DNA from: a virus
Length of the DNA stretch: 64,000 bases
Strand: one strand, 5' to 3'
Virus record (IMG/VR): IMGVR_UViG_3300027736_000027
Coordinates: 1-64,000 of that record
In this document: piece by piece, positions 1-9,978 of the stretch
Layout: each line of letters opens with the position of its first letter
How positions within the stretch are numbered: position 1 is the stretch's first letter
The notes under the pieces: model-generated
Told to the model about the DNA's origin: nothing
Seen by the model: only the letters and a program-made list of their open reading frames with translations
Databases searched by the model: none
Position numbers and translations under genes: made by a program

Positions 1-3000
1 GTTGAGGTACTTGGGCATAAGCCGCTAGTTGAAGATGTGGTATGAATTAGGGTTATTGTGCCAGCACCAGATGTATATGGATTAAACATTGATCCAGTAA
101 TACCAAAACCGCTCCATGAACCTGGAAAACTTGCATAGGCATTTAAATTAACAGCTGCACCTGTATTACACATATCTGGTAATTGACTGGATATGGTTGA
201 CGGTACAAATATCTCAACCGTAACTGTTTTTGTTTGTTGTGAGGAACATGTAGCTGTGCCTATCACATATTGTATAAGGTTATTACCAATAGAACACAGT
301 GATGGAGTTAATACACCATTCAGGTTAAGGTACGGTGTTGTCATCCAACTACCTGTACTTGGTGCAACTGACATTTGTATAAGAGCATCTGAACTACATA
401 CTGGTCCAACCGGGGTAATGTTAGGTACCGGTGGATTAAGTACAGATACGGTAATGGTTCTGCTATCAGGACAAATTGTAGTGTTAGGTGTTGAACTTGT
501 ATTGTAAGTTAGTACATAACTGCCTGTACCCAAGCCAGCTGGGTTAAATGCGTTTTGACTAATACTCATACCCGACCAGGTACCCGTTGTATTTTGAACA
601 ATAGACATTAGGTTAAACTGATTATTGGTAACACACATATTAGGAACTACTCCAGTTAATGAAGCTGTATTATAGGTTGATGGAAAAATAGCAAAGGTGT
701 TTGTATTTACACAAGGTCCAACTTGAACCATATATCCAACAATACTACTTGATGGAGAAGATAGGGACGGCGTAACAATACCTAAACTACTAACAGCTGA
801 GTTATTAGACCAGGTCCCGCCAACTGGATTAGCCGCCAATACAAAAGAAGCTGTGTTATTACAAAATGGACCAGCCGATGTCATGGTAGGAATAACCGTA
901 TTTGTTACGGATATGTTTAATTGTGTACTTGATGGACAAACAGTAGGATTGGGCGTTGAACTTGTATTGTATGTAATATTATAAATGGCCGTGTTTAAAC
1001 CGGCTGGCGAAAAAGATCCGCTAGAGACTCCTGCACCGCTCCAAACGCCTGTAGTGTTTTGTACAATACCCATTAGGTTAACAGCAGAGCCTGTTACGCA
1101 TAGGTTGTTTATACTACCGGTTAAGGCTGAAGTGTTAAAATAAGAAACTTCGTAACTACCGGTATTAGAGGCTGCACAGGTACTGATTGAAATTGCATAG
1201 GTATAACTATTAACTCCGATTACGGTTGGCGATACTACTCCTAATGTACTTACACCAACTCCAGTAAATACTCCACCGGCTGGAGAAGCAATTATTTGAT
1301 ATGGTGAGCTGTTATTACATAGGTTTGGTATTAAAGATAGGGTCGGAGTAGGTGGATTGATTGCCCATAAGTTAAGTGTACGTGTCATTGGACAATTAAT
1401 CGCAGTTGGTGTGATCACAACTGAGTAAGTTATATTTGACTGAGTACCGACCGCAAGATTAGGTATAAGGATTGTTGACTGTTGAGTATTACCTGCTAAA
1501 AAGAGGTTAGGCGTCCAAGAGTAGGTGTATTGTGATAATGACGGTGGAATACTAAATACCACTCCAGCTGCAATACCGCCGCCTGGACATAGTGTCACTG
1601 ATGATGGACTTAGTGTTGGAGAAAACACATGAGTGAGTATGTTAAACGAAGTTGTGTATGCACATGAACCATCAAACACTCTTACCTGATAATTACCAGT
1701 TCCCATATTTCCAAACACATAACTATTTTGACCAGTTGGAGCCAGTGATGCGTTATAAGCAGGTGTATTATTGGAATTCCATACTGAATATGAATTAGCA
1801 CCTGGCGGAGAACCTGATGCAGGAGTTAAGTTAATAGTTCCACTGCCATTTGCCGAGTTTAAACAAACCGACGTAGTTAGTAATGATATACTGCCAGGCG
1901 GAGATGGTATTAGGGTGAATGAAGCAGCTTCGTTACAATTTTGTAGTGAAGTATAGGTTACGGTGTATACCGAAGCCTGTACTGGATTATTTACGGTGTA
2001 TCCCATTGCCACGCCTAATGGAGCAGAGATAGCGGTATTGTTAGTAGACCATTGAACACTATTACCGGTTACACTTAAATAGGCTTGAGCACCACAATAT
2101 GGTTTTAATAGATTTTGTATTTGCGGTGTACCGGTTCCTACTGAGATGGTTGCAGTTGCTGAGCCACAACCAGCATTTCCAAAACCAGTTATTGTTACAC
2201 TATACGTGCCAGGAAGCAGTCCACTTACTGTTGCTGAGGTACCCACTACTGCACTATTTGAATTTACCCAAGTATAGTTATATCCTGTGCCGCTACCGTT
2301 TCCTTGCACCGTGCCAGTTCCACTTGATCCGCCGGCACAACTTGTTCCTGAACCAATACCTGCAATGTTTACTAGAGTAGGCATGATTGTATTGGTTGCA
2401 ATATAAGAACAGCCCGACGGAGAGTTTAACTGAACTGTATACACTGCTCCTGCGATTACTGGACTTATGGTTAGTGTTGGAGCGGTACCTCCTGCATTTG
2501 CAGGAATTGTTCCTGTGATAGGAGCTATCCATTGATATGAAGAGTATCCTAATGGTGCAGCAATAATAGCTTGATTTGAACCAGCACAAAAACTAACAGG
2601 TCCTGCAATGTTTCCTCCAACCCCACCTAATCCCTGACCAACTAATTGACCACCACATCTTGCATCAAAGTAAGCAGTTCCATGATGTCCAGAATAAGAA
2701 CAATCAGAACACGTTACTACAATTCTAATACATTGACCAATGTAAGGAGTTAAATCAATATATTTTGTTTGCCAGTTAACCCATGAAACCCCACTTGTAA
2801 CTTGATAACCAGGAACTCCACTTTGACAACTTTGTCCAGAAGGAGTTAGGCTCACGTTAGCACAAGGTATTGGGATTAATGAACCTGTACAATTATACAT
2901 ATCAATTCTAAAAGCAGGTTGTCCGCAACACTCATGAACGCCATCCCAAGAACCTGCATAACAAAATTGAAATAAGGTATTTGAATTTGAAACTGGAAAT

Positions 3001-3683
3001 TGCGTCATAATTCGAGTCATCAAACCTGTTGGACAAGAGTTTTGTAGTCTTGCAACTCGGTTACCGCCAAGAGGCGAATTAGGTATTGAGACATTGTCAA
3101 TACTAAATCCTGGTGGATTAGCACAACTAGGTGCAGGTAGTATTGGAGTAGCTACAATAGAAAATTCAGGACTACCTGCATTCCAATTAGCAATAGGATT
3201 AGCAACACATCCAGCACCATATGTAGGATTTCCACAACAAATATTAGAAGTGTTTTGTCCACTTTGAATTGTCCATCCTAAAACAGAATTCATTCCACTA
3301 TAAGCTCCAGGTGCAGTAAGCTCAAAGTCTTCATTCACACAAGCATTACCAGGTGAATTAACTGAGTTAGGACCTCCAATCGGTCTGTTATTTGAATTGA
3401 CCGGTAGTAATGGTTTAATACCGTACTTTTGATTTACCCATGCTCTTTTTACAAGAGCAATATAGTTGATGTATTCTGAGCCAAAGACATTTCGTCTCAG
3501 CAACTCAACCCGCATAGAGGCTTCATCGAATCCTTGTAAGGAGTCTCCATAGTAACTTTTATAATCGGTTAAGGAGTTTTTAGAAAGATAGTCACGATTG
3601 TTTATGTATCGTTCTTTGGCTGGTGTTTGTGCAATTACCGTTAAGGTTAATAGTAATAGACAGTAGGTGATTAGTTTTTTCAT
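1..3683 (-). CDS. Large secreted Cys/Thr-rich repeat protein resembling Bacteroidota gliding-motility/T9SS-substrate adhesins (3' end outside window)
   Basis: Absent from the ORF track because it runs off the edge. ATG at 3683 gives MKKLITYCLLLLTLTVIAQ (signal peptide), CVNEDFE, SDCSYSGHHGTAYFDARC and repeated Ig-like units (GTWSG..V...F.PAGL..G...LTYNTSSTP). The same frame reads TITLIHTTSSTSGLCPSTS at the window start. Confidence 0.8.
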   Translation of the reverse strand, partial: MKKLITYCLLLLTLTVIAQTPAKERYINNRDYLSKNSLTDYKSYYGDSLQGFDEASMRVELLRRNVFGSEYINYIALVKRAWVNQKYGIKPLLPVNSNNRPIGGPNSVNSPGNACVNEDFELTAPGAYSGMNSVLGWTIQSGQNTSNICCGNPTYGAGCVANPIANWNAGSPEFSIVATPILPAPSCANPPGFSIDNVSIPNSPLGGNRVARLQNSCPTGLMTRIMTQFPVSNSNTLFQFCYAGSWDGVHECCGQPAFRIDMYNCTGSLIPIPCANVSLTPSGQSCQSGVPGYQVTSGVSWVNWQTKYIDLTPYIGQCIRIVVTCSDCSYSGHHGTAYFDARCGGQLVGQGLGGVGGNIAGPVSFCAGSNQAIIAAPLGYSSYQWIAPITGTIPANAGGTAPTLTISPVIAGAVYTVQLNSPSGCSYIATNTIMPTLVNIAGIGSGTSCAGGSSGTGTVQGNGSGTGYNYTWVNSNSAVVGTSATVSGLLPGTYSVTITGFGNAGCGSATATISVGTGTPQIQNLLKPYCGAQAYLSVTGNSVQWSTNNTAISAPLGVAMGYTVNNPVQASVYTVTYTSLQNCNEAASFTLIPSPPGSISLLTTSVCLNSANGSGTINLTPASGSPPGANSYSVWNSNNTPAYNASLAPTGQNSYVFGNMGTGNYQVRVFDGSCAYTTSFNILTHVFSPTLSPSSVTLCPGGGIAAGVVFSIPPSLSQYTYSWTPNLFLAGNTQQSTILIPNLAVGTQSNITYSVVITPTAINCPMTRTLNLWAINPPTPTLSLIPNLCNNSSPYQIIASPAGGVFTGVGVSTLGVVSPTVIGVNSYTYAISISTCAASNTGSYEVSYFNTSALTGSINNLCVTGSAVNLMGIVQNTTGVWSGAGVSSGSFSPAGLNTAIYNITYNTSSTPNPTVCPSSTQLNISVTNTVIPTMTSAGPFCNNTASFVLAANPVGGTWSNNSAVSSLGIVTPSLSSPSSSIVGYMVQVGPCVNTNTFAIFPSTYNTASLTGVVPNMCVTNNQFNLMSIVQNTTGTWSGMSISQNAFNPAGLGTGSYVLTYNTSSTPNTTICPDSRTITVSVLNPPVPNITPVGPVCSSDALIQMSVAPSTGSWMTTPYLNLNGVLTPSLCSIGNNLIQYVIGTATCSSQQTKTVTVEIFVPSTISSQLPDMCNTGAAVNLNAYASFPGSWSGFGITGSMFNPYTSGAGTITLIHTTSSTSGLCPSTS

Positions 3684-3792
3684 AATTAAGTAGTTATAAT
3701 ATTACTATTATATATTGAATTTTATGAAAAGGGTTCGGTAAATAGTTAATCTAATTATTAGAGTAGATCTTTTAATTATTAAAGAGATTAAT

Positions 3793-4380
3793 TCAGGTTA
3801 ATTTCCGACGGACTTTTGAATTTGGTCGAGAGTCTGAAACCTTTTTGCCTAACTGATTAAATCTTGACTGCACGTCTGATTTTAGGTTCATATACTTCTT
3901 ATCATTTGCCAATCCACGATATTCTTCCATTTCAGTATCTGAAGGAGCTTCGCCGTATTCAACTGTACCGTCTACTACTTGATTAAAAAGGTCAGGTAAA
4001 GGTAAAGTGATAGGTAACTCAGGAATATCAAGTTTATCATGAATACGAATTCCATAAGTTCCATAAGTTGCATCGTACATTGCATGAACAGTATATTCAC
4101 GAGCTGCTAAATCAACACTTATATCAAAATAGGTTTCATCATCCCTAGTTAATTCAGTTTGGATTTGATTAAGTACGTGATCAATCATTGCATTATCTAC
4201 TTCTCCATCGAAATCTTCCATTCTAGCTTCCGTATCTGCATCAGCAGCAAGCTCATCACGTTGAGCATCAGATAAATATCCAAAATTTCGAATTGGTTGA
4301 ACTCCTTTAAGTTTAGCACGTTTAGAACCCATTGATTCATTTACAAATTGCCCAAATCTTTTAACTATTTGATTTTTCAT
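3793..4380 (-). CDS. Hypothetical protein with capsid-targeting-like leader
   Basis: MKNQIVKRFGQFVNE leader; 195 aa. Confidence 0.75.
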   Translation of the reverse strand: MKNQIVKRFGQFVNESMGSKRAKLKGVQPIRNFGYLSDAQRDELAADADTEARMEDFDGEVDNAMIDHVLNQIQTELTRDDETYFDISVDLAAREYTVHAMYDATYGTYGIRIHDKLDIPELPITLPLPDLFNQVVDGTVEYGEAPSDTEMEEYRGLANDKKYMNLKSDVQSRFNQLGKKVSDSRPNSKVRRKLT

Positions 4381-4395
4381 TAGGTTAATTCTTTT

Positions 4396-4860
4396 TTAAT
4401 AATGTTGTTTAGCGTACATAGTTAATATCTTTGTTATGTGTTCTGGACTAGTACCGCGATGAGTATCACTAGATGAAACGGTTTGAGCTAGTTCATCTAT
4501 TGTCATGCTACCGTCATTCACAAACTCATCAACTATCTCTGCTGCGAGCTGGCTTCCAGGGGTAAAGTATTCGTCTTCTAAAATATGTAATAGCTTTTTT
4601 GGATTGTTACGGTAGTATGTTGGAATCCCTAACTGAGAGCCATGGTCAACATTCTTTTCTCTTGAATTTTTAGTACGCATTGCAATTTTTTTAAAGTGAT
4701 CTTTATCGTCATCAGTCAACTTATTAAACTCTGATTCAAAATCAACTGGTTCTGTGTGTTTACCTGTCATGCGGTTATGGGCAGTCCTTAATAAATTATG
4801 AACTGGATTATCTCCTTCGTTTATAAATTGTGTAAATCTTTTAACTATTTGCTTTTTCAT
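4396..4860 (-). CDS. Hypothetical protein with capsid-targeting-like leader
   Basis: Start re-called to MKKQIVKRFTQFINE (ATG 4860), paralogous to the neighbour's leader; GATAAATA at 4887-4894 (-) upstream. Confidence 0.75.
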   Translation of the reverse strand: MKKQIVKRFTQFINEGDNPVHNLLRTAHNRMTGKHTEPVDFESEFNKLTDDDKDHFKKIAMRTKNSREKNVDHGSQLGIPTYYRNNPKKLLHILEDEYFTPGSQLAAEIVDEFVNDGSMTIDELAQTVSSSDTHRGTSPEHITKILTMYAKQHY

Positions 4861-4931
4861 TAGTTTAATTCTTTTTTTAATAATGTTATTTATCTGGGTA
4901 TTCAGGTCAGAACTTAAAATATTGTGCATAT

Positions 4932-5912
4932 TTAGCTAAAGTAGATATTTCCATTAACCGTACAGTTATTCTGTTTAAGTTTTTGGTTAAAAATATTGTG
5001 AATTGACTTAAACAGCATACTATTAGTCGGTCCGGCCGCCGCAGCTTCACGATGTATATTATTAATAATTGTAGATCTTGACACATCAAGGTCTCCACCT
5101 ACTACTAAATTTTTTGGTAGTGTAGTAATGGTACTGCCATCTAACATTAAACTGCCGCTTATTGATAAATTATCTGGAAGAGCGGTAATGTGTCTGCAAC
5201 TGGTTAATTTTAAATCTCCAACTACTGATAAGTTTTCTGGTAATTTTTCTATAGCTGAATTTGATAAAAAAATTGATCTTTTAAATTTTGAATTTTCAGG
5301 TAACTCTTTAATTATACTTCCATTTGCTGTAAATATACCGTTTACTGTTAAATTATTTGGTAACTCTTTAATTTTTGAATATGATATTGTTAATGCTCCA
5401 CGTACAGAAAGATTATCAGGTAAACTTTCTAAACTAGTTCCGTATAACTCTAGATTAAACTGACTATTATTTGGTTCAATATAATTTTTTACACGTTTTG
5501 CATCATGCAATAAATTTTTAAACTGATCGACTGTATAGCTATCAACTACACCGATACTATTTAAGTGTATTAGTTCTTCAATATCAAAATTTATTGGATT
5601 CCAAGTATCCGCATTTTCAAAAATCTTTTCACTATCATTAATATAATCAGAAGAGAGTGTTTCTATTTCAGGATTCTTTTTAAATACTTCGCAAACTTCT
5701 TTTAAAATAGAGGTCACAGTTGAGTATGGATCAATTATTCTATTATCAATAAGTTTTTCAACTTTTTTAAATAACTCATCTGGTATTCGTAAGCGTTTAA
5801 GTGCTCTAAGAAATAATTTGAGTTTAACTGAATGTAACTTAATCATTTCATTTAACTGATCTGTATTTTTTATTGGATCTTTCCAACTTTCATATAGTTT
5901 AATATACTTCAT
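4932..5912 (-). CDS. Leucine-rich repeat protein (divergent, mostly 20-aa repeats)
   Basis: MKYIKLYESW leader; 6-7 repeats such as DLKLTSCRHITALPDNLSISG; retains LNSIGVVD cap motif. Confidence 0.85.
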   Translation of the reverse strand: MKYIKLYESWKDPIKNTDQLNEMIKLHSVKLKLFLRALKRLRIPDELFKKVEKLIDNRIIDPYSTVTSILKEVCEVFKKNPEIETLSSDYINDSEKIFENADTWNPINFDIEELIHLNSIGVVDSYTVDQFKNLLHDAKRVKNYIEPNNSQFNLELYGTSLESLPDNLSVRGALTISYSKIKELPNNLTVNGIFTANGSIIKELPENSKFKRSIFLSNSAIEKLPENLSVVGDLKLTSCRHITALPDNLSISGSLMLDGSTITTLPKNLVVGGDLDVSRSTIINNIHREAAAAGPTNSMLFKSIHNIFNQKLKQNNCTVNGNIYFS

Positions 5913-5917
5913 ATCAT

Positions 5918-6550
5918 TTATCTACAAATTTTGCCGTCTACCGATAAATCCTGAGGTAACTCGCCTAAGCTGGTACAATTATATAAGACTAATTCTCCAC
6001 CAACCGTTAGGCCAGCAGGTAAACTCTTTAGGGACCTACAACCATGTAGGCTTAAGCTGCCATTAACCTTTAATCCAGCAGGTAAACTCTTTAATCCGGC
6101 ACAGCCATATAGGCTTAAGTTTCCGGCAACATTTAAGCCGGCAGGTAAACTCTCTAAACTAAAGCAGTTAGATAAGTCTAAGCTTCCGCTAATTTTTAAT
6201 CCAGCAGGTAAACTCTCTAAGCTGGTACAAGCATATAATTGTAAGCTTCCTCCAACCACTAGGTCATCCGGTAAACTCTTTAAGCCCGTACAGTACTCTA
6301 AGTTTAAGTTTTCTCTAACCACTAACCCATTAGGTAAACTCGTCAAAAGGGCACATCCACCTAGGTTTAAGGATTCACCTTCGCACCAACCTTTAATATA
6401 GTTAATAATACGCTGTTCAGCATCCCTAAGTTTCTTTAGATCGGCTAATTCTTTATCTGAAACTACTCCTATCTCATGAAGCCCTTGAGCCTCAGCAAAG
6501 GTATCGGCTGTTATAGGGTTCCATGATTCATATAGTTTAATATACTTCAT
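5918..6550 (-). CDS. Leucine-rich repeat protein (7 x 21 aa)
   Basis: Leader + AQGLHEIGVVS cap + xLxLxxCxxLxSLPAGLxVxG repeats; 63-nt DNA period (aggtaaactc at 6017, 6080, 6143, 6206). Confidence 0.9.
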   Translation of the reverse strand: MKYIKLYESWNPITADTFAEAQGLHEIGVVSDKELADLKKLRDAEQRIINYIKGWCEGESLNLGGCALLTSLPNGLVVRENLNLEYCTGLKSLPDDLVVGGSLQLYACTSLESLPAGLKISGSLDLSNCFSLESLPAGLNVAGNLSLYGCAGLKSLPAGLKVNGSLSLHGCRSLKSLPAGLTVGGELVLYNCTSLGELPQDLSVDGKICR

Positions 6551-6555
6551 ATCAT

Positions 6556-7302
6556 TTATCTATAAATTTGACCTACTACGTTTAGGTCCTGCGGTAACTC
6601 GCCTAGGGCAGTACAGCCGTGTAAGTCTAAGTATCCGCGAACTTCTAGATCCGCAGGTAAACTCTTTAAACTCGTACAGCCCGTTAAGGATAGAACGCCG
6701 CCGATCTTTAAGCCAGCTGGTAAACTCTCTAGGTCAGTACAGTTATTTAAATTTAAGGTTGAATTAACTGTTAACCCAGCCGGTAAACGAGTTAGGGACG
6801 TACAGCCACTTGCGTGTATGGAGCCTCCAACCTTTAAACCTTGAGGTAACTCGCCTAATTTGGTACAGCCATTTAAATTTAAGTATGATCCAACCACTAG
6901 GTCATTAGGTAAACTCTCTAAGTTTGTACAAAAATTTAGTTCTAAGCCTCCGCTAATCACTAGACCAGCGGGTAGACTCCTTAAATTGGTACAACCGTTT
7001 GCGTATAGGTAGTCTTTGACCTTTAATCCAGCAGGTAAACTCTCTAAACTTGTACAACCATATAAGCCTAAGTTTCCGCCAACCTTTAAGCCATCCGGTA
7101 AACTCTTTAGCAAGGTACAGTCCCGTAAGTCTAGGCTCCCAACTCCAGAGTAGTGGAGAATCTCCCACTCAGTCGCCATAAGTTTCTCTAGCTGGGCTAA
7201 TTCCTGGTCAGAAACAATTCCTATTGAGTGTAGTTCTTGAGCCTCAGCAAAGGCCTCGTCTGACATGGGGTTCCAGTTTTCGTATAGTTTAAGATACTTC
7301 AT
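6556..7302 (-). CDS. Leucine-rich repeat protein (9 repeats)
   Basis: Same architecture as neighbours. Confidence 0.9.
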   Translation of the reverse strand: MKYLKLYENWNPMSDEAFAEAQELHSIGIVSDQELAQLEKLMATEWEILHYSGVGSLDLRDCTLLKSLPDGLKVGGNLGLYGCTSLESLPAGLKVKDYLYANGCTNLRSLPAGLVISGGLELNFCTNLESLPNDLVVGSYLNLNGCTKLGELPQGLKVGGSIHASGCTSLTRLPAGLTVNSTLNLNNCTDLESLPAGLKIGGVLSLTGCTSLKSLPADLEVRGYLDLHGCTALGELPQDLNVVGQIYR

Positions 7303-7323
7303 TAGGGTTATTTATTCAGAATA

Positions 7324-8169
7324 TTATGCCGATTTAATTATTTGAGATAGGGTATTTGCTCTATTTTTAACTTGACCAGCCCATTCAGAGTCCAACATTT
7401 CGGTTGAGGCCTTTTTATAATTATTGGATAAAATATACTTTAGAAAATTATTAAATTTAGATAAGCCGGCCTTTCCTAAATTAAATACCATTTCAGTTAA
7501 AACACCCTGTACTGATAATGGTAGTTTTGGCCAAACTGTTGAAATATTTACCGAACGGTCTTGTGATATTAAGGTCTGTGCATCGTTTTTTGCCTGGATT
7601 AAATCATTGTTTAATAGAGTAGATATTTGAGCATCAGTAAGCTTGGCTTTTCCAGCTTTAATTTTAACCGGATTTGCTCCAACACTTTTAAGTAGTACAC
7701 TTGAATCTTCTCGGTTTAGGTTAAAGCCAACTCCAATCGTTGGATTTTTTTTAGTATCTAAATACTTAATATATTTTTTACCTTCATGCTGAATTACCCG
7801 GTCTTTAATTGAACTAACCACCTGGTCAGTAGACGGCGGTGGAGCAACAAATGTCCCTAAGCTGTTTTGAACCTGGATATTAGCAATATGATTATCAATT
7901 TGAGTTTTATAGCTTTGGTCAAAAATACCAAGTTCACCATTAATTGCATCGCCGACACTCGCATAGGCCCAATCTTTAGTTTTAAAGCCTGAGTTTAAAG
8001 CCTGATTTACCTTATTCATTGTTAATACATCAGGTATTGATAAAATGGCCTTTGCTAAGTTAGGTTCGGTTGTTCCAAGACCAGCACAGGCAACCTGAAT
8101 TTCATTTGCTATTTGATCAGAGGTTAAGGCCTCATTGATCCAACCTTCAAATACTTGTAAATACTTCAT
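7324..8169 (-). CDS. GH24/T4-type lysozyme with N-terminal annexin-like repeat
   Basis: IQHEGKKYIKYLDTKKNPTIGVGFNL (E-x8-D-x5-T triad), MVFNLG, EMLDSEWAGQVKNRA; N-terminal AGLGTTE...INGELG. Confidence 0.85.
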   Translation of the reverse strand: MKYLQVFEGWINEALTSDQIANEIQVACAGLGTTEPNLAKAILSIPDVLTMNKVNQALNSGFKTKDWAYASVGDAINGELGIFDQSYKTQIDNHIANIQVQNSLGTFVAPPPSTDQVVSSIKDRVIQHEGKKYIKYLDTKKNPTIGVGFNLNREDSSVLLKSVGANPVKIKAGKAKLTDAQISTLLNNDLIQAKNDAQTLISQDRSVNISTVWPKLPLSVQGVLTEMVFNLGKAGLSKFNNFLKYILSNNYKKASTEMLDSEWAGQVKNRANTLSQIIKSA

Positions 8170-8174
8170 ATCAG

Positions 8175-8915
8175 TTATCTATAAATTTTGCCGCCAATCT
8201 TTAAGCCGGCAGGTAAACTCTCTAGGCCAAGGCAACCACCTAAGGTTAAGTCGCCATCAACAACTAGATCAGCAGGTAGACTCTTTAAGCCCGTACACCG
8301 ATTTAGGCTTAAGGTTCCACCGACCTTTAAGCCAGCTGGTAAACTCTTTAGCTGATAACAGTCAGTTAAGTATAAGTTTCCTCTAACCTCTAGACCAGCC
8401 GATAAACTCTCTAAACTCGTACAGCCTCTTAAGTCATCGCCAACCACTAAGCCAGCCGGTAAACTCGTTAAGCCCGTGCAGTTTGCTAAGTCTAATTGGC
8501 CACCAACCACCAGGCCAGCAGGTAAACTCGTTAAGGAAGAGCAGCCGAATAAAGTTAAGTCATCTTCAACCTTTAAGTCAGCCGGTAAACTCGTTAAGCT
8601 TGTACAGCCAGTTAGGTCTAAGTAGTCTCCAACAACTAGGCCAGCCGGTAAACTCCTTAAGCCAGTACAGTAATTTAGGTCTAAGAAGCCATCGACCTTT
8701 AAGCCAGCCGGTAAACCCGTTAATAAGGCACAGAAACTAAGATCTAAGTTGCCAAATCCTTTAAAATTAAGTATTTGGTGTTGAGCCTGCTTTAAACTAA
8801 CCAAGTCCTCTAATTCCTGACTTGAAACAACTCCTATTTGGTGCAGTTCCTGAGCTGACTCTAACTCTTGATCAGACAGAGGGTTCCATGATTCATATAG
8901 TTGCAGATACTTCAT
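8175..8915 (-). CDS. Leucine-rich repeat protein (9 repeats, one shortened)
   Basis: Same architecture. Confidence 0.9.
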   Translation of the reverse strand: MKYLQLYESWNPLSDQELESAQELHQIGVVSSQELEDLVSLKQAQHQILNFKGFGNLDLSFCALLTGLPAGLKVDGFLDLNYCTGLRSLPAGLVVGDYLDLTGCTSLTSLPADLKVEDDLTLFGCSSLTSLPAGLVVGGQLDLANCTGLTSLPAGLVVGDDLRGCTSLESLSAGLEVRGNLYLTDCYQLKSLPAGLKVGGTLSLNRCTGLKSLPADLVVDGDLTLGGCLGLESLPAGLKIGGKIYR

Positions 8916-8920
8916 TAAGG

Positions 8921-9973
8921 TTATTTATAAATTTTGGCTCCAACCTTTAGGTCCTCGGGTAACTCGGCTAAGCTTGGACACGATCGTATGTATAGACTTG
9001 CAGAAACCTCTAGACCAGCAGGTAAACTCTTTAGTGAGGTACAGCAGTCGAGGTCTAAGTTGCCGTCGACCTTGAATCCAACCGGCAAACTTTCTAGGGC
9101 CGTACAGCCTTCTAAGTAGACTCCGCTTTCGACCTTTAAGTCAGCCGGTAAACTCTTTATACCGGTACAGCCTTCCATGTCAAGTTGACCGCCAACCACT
9201 AGGCCAGCAGGTAGACTCTCCAAGCCCGTACACCTTTTTATGTCTAGACCTCCGCCAATCTTTAAGCCATCAGGTAAACTCCTTAAGCCCGTACAGCCCC
9301 TTAAGTCTAATTCTCCCAGCACCTCTAAATCTGCCGGTATACTCTCTAAGCTCGTACAGCCATTTAGCTCTAATCGGCCATTGATCTTTAAGCCAGCAGG
9401 TAAACTCTTTAGTAGAGTACAGTAGTCTAGGATTAGGCTGCCAACCCCGTTATATTTAATAATACGCTGTTCAGCATCTCTAAGGATCTTTAGCTCGGCT
9501 AATTCCTGGCTTGACACAACTCCTATTTGGTGCAGCTCCTGAGCACTGGCAAGATCCTCAACGGATACTGTGTTCCAATTTTCATATAGTTTCGGCCCGC
9601 CTATTATTCGGCCGGCTACCTTTAGGTCTTGAGGTAAACTCTTTAAACCAGTACAGCCGTATAAGTATAGGTCACCGCCAACCTCTAGGCCAGCCGGTAA
9701 ACTCTTTAAACCCGTACAGGCAGTTAAGCCTAAATTTGCTCCAACTTTTAGGCCCTGAGGTAAACCAGTTAACAGAATAGTGTAACTTAAGTTTAGGTCC
9801 CCAACTCCTTTATAGTCGAGTATCCGTTTTGAACTGATTTTTAAATCATTTAGATCGGCTAATTCCTGATCAGAAATAACCCCTATCTTGTGCAGTTTCC
9901 TAGTCTCAGCAAAGTCCTTATCAGATAGAGGGTTCCAGTCCTCAAATTTTTCGAATAGTTTAATATACTTCAT
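8921..9973 (-). CDS. Leucine-rich repeat protein, fusion of two array units (3+8 repeats)
   Basis: Internal second leader/cap KLYENWNTVSVEDLASAQELHQIGVVS. Confidence 0.9.
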   Translation of the reverse strand: MKYIKLFEKFEDWNPLSDKDFAETRKLHKIGVISDQELADLNDLKISSKRILDYKGVGDLNLSYTILLTGLPQGLKVGANLGLTACTGLKSLPAGLEVGGDLYLYGCTGLKSLPQDLKVAGRIIGGPKLYENWNTVSVEDLASAQELHQIGVVSSQELAELKILRDAEQRIIKYNGVGSLILDYCTLLKSLPAGLKINGRLELNGCTSLESIPADLEVLGELDLRGCTGLRSLPDGLKIGGGLDIKRCTGLESLPAGLVVGGQLDMEGCTGIKSLPADLKVESGVYLEGCTALESLPVGFKVDGNLDLDCCTSLKSLPAGLEVSASLYIRSCPSLAELPEDLKVGAKIYK

Positions 9974-9978
9974 ATCAT

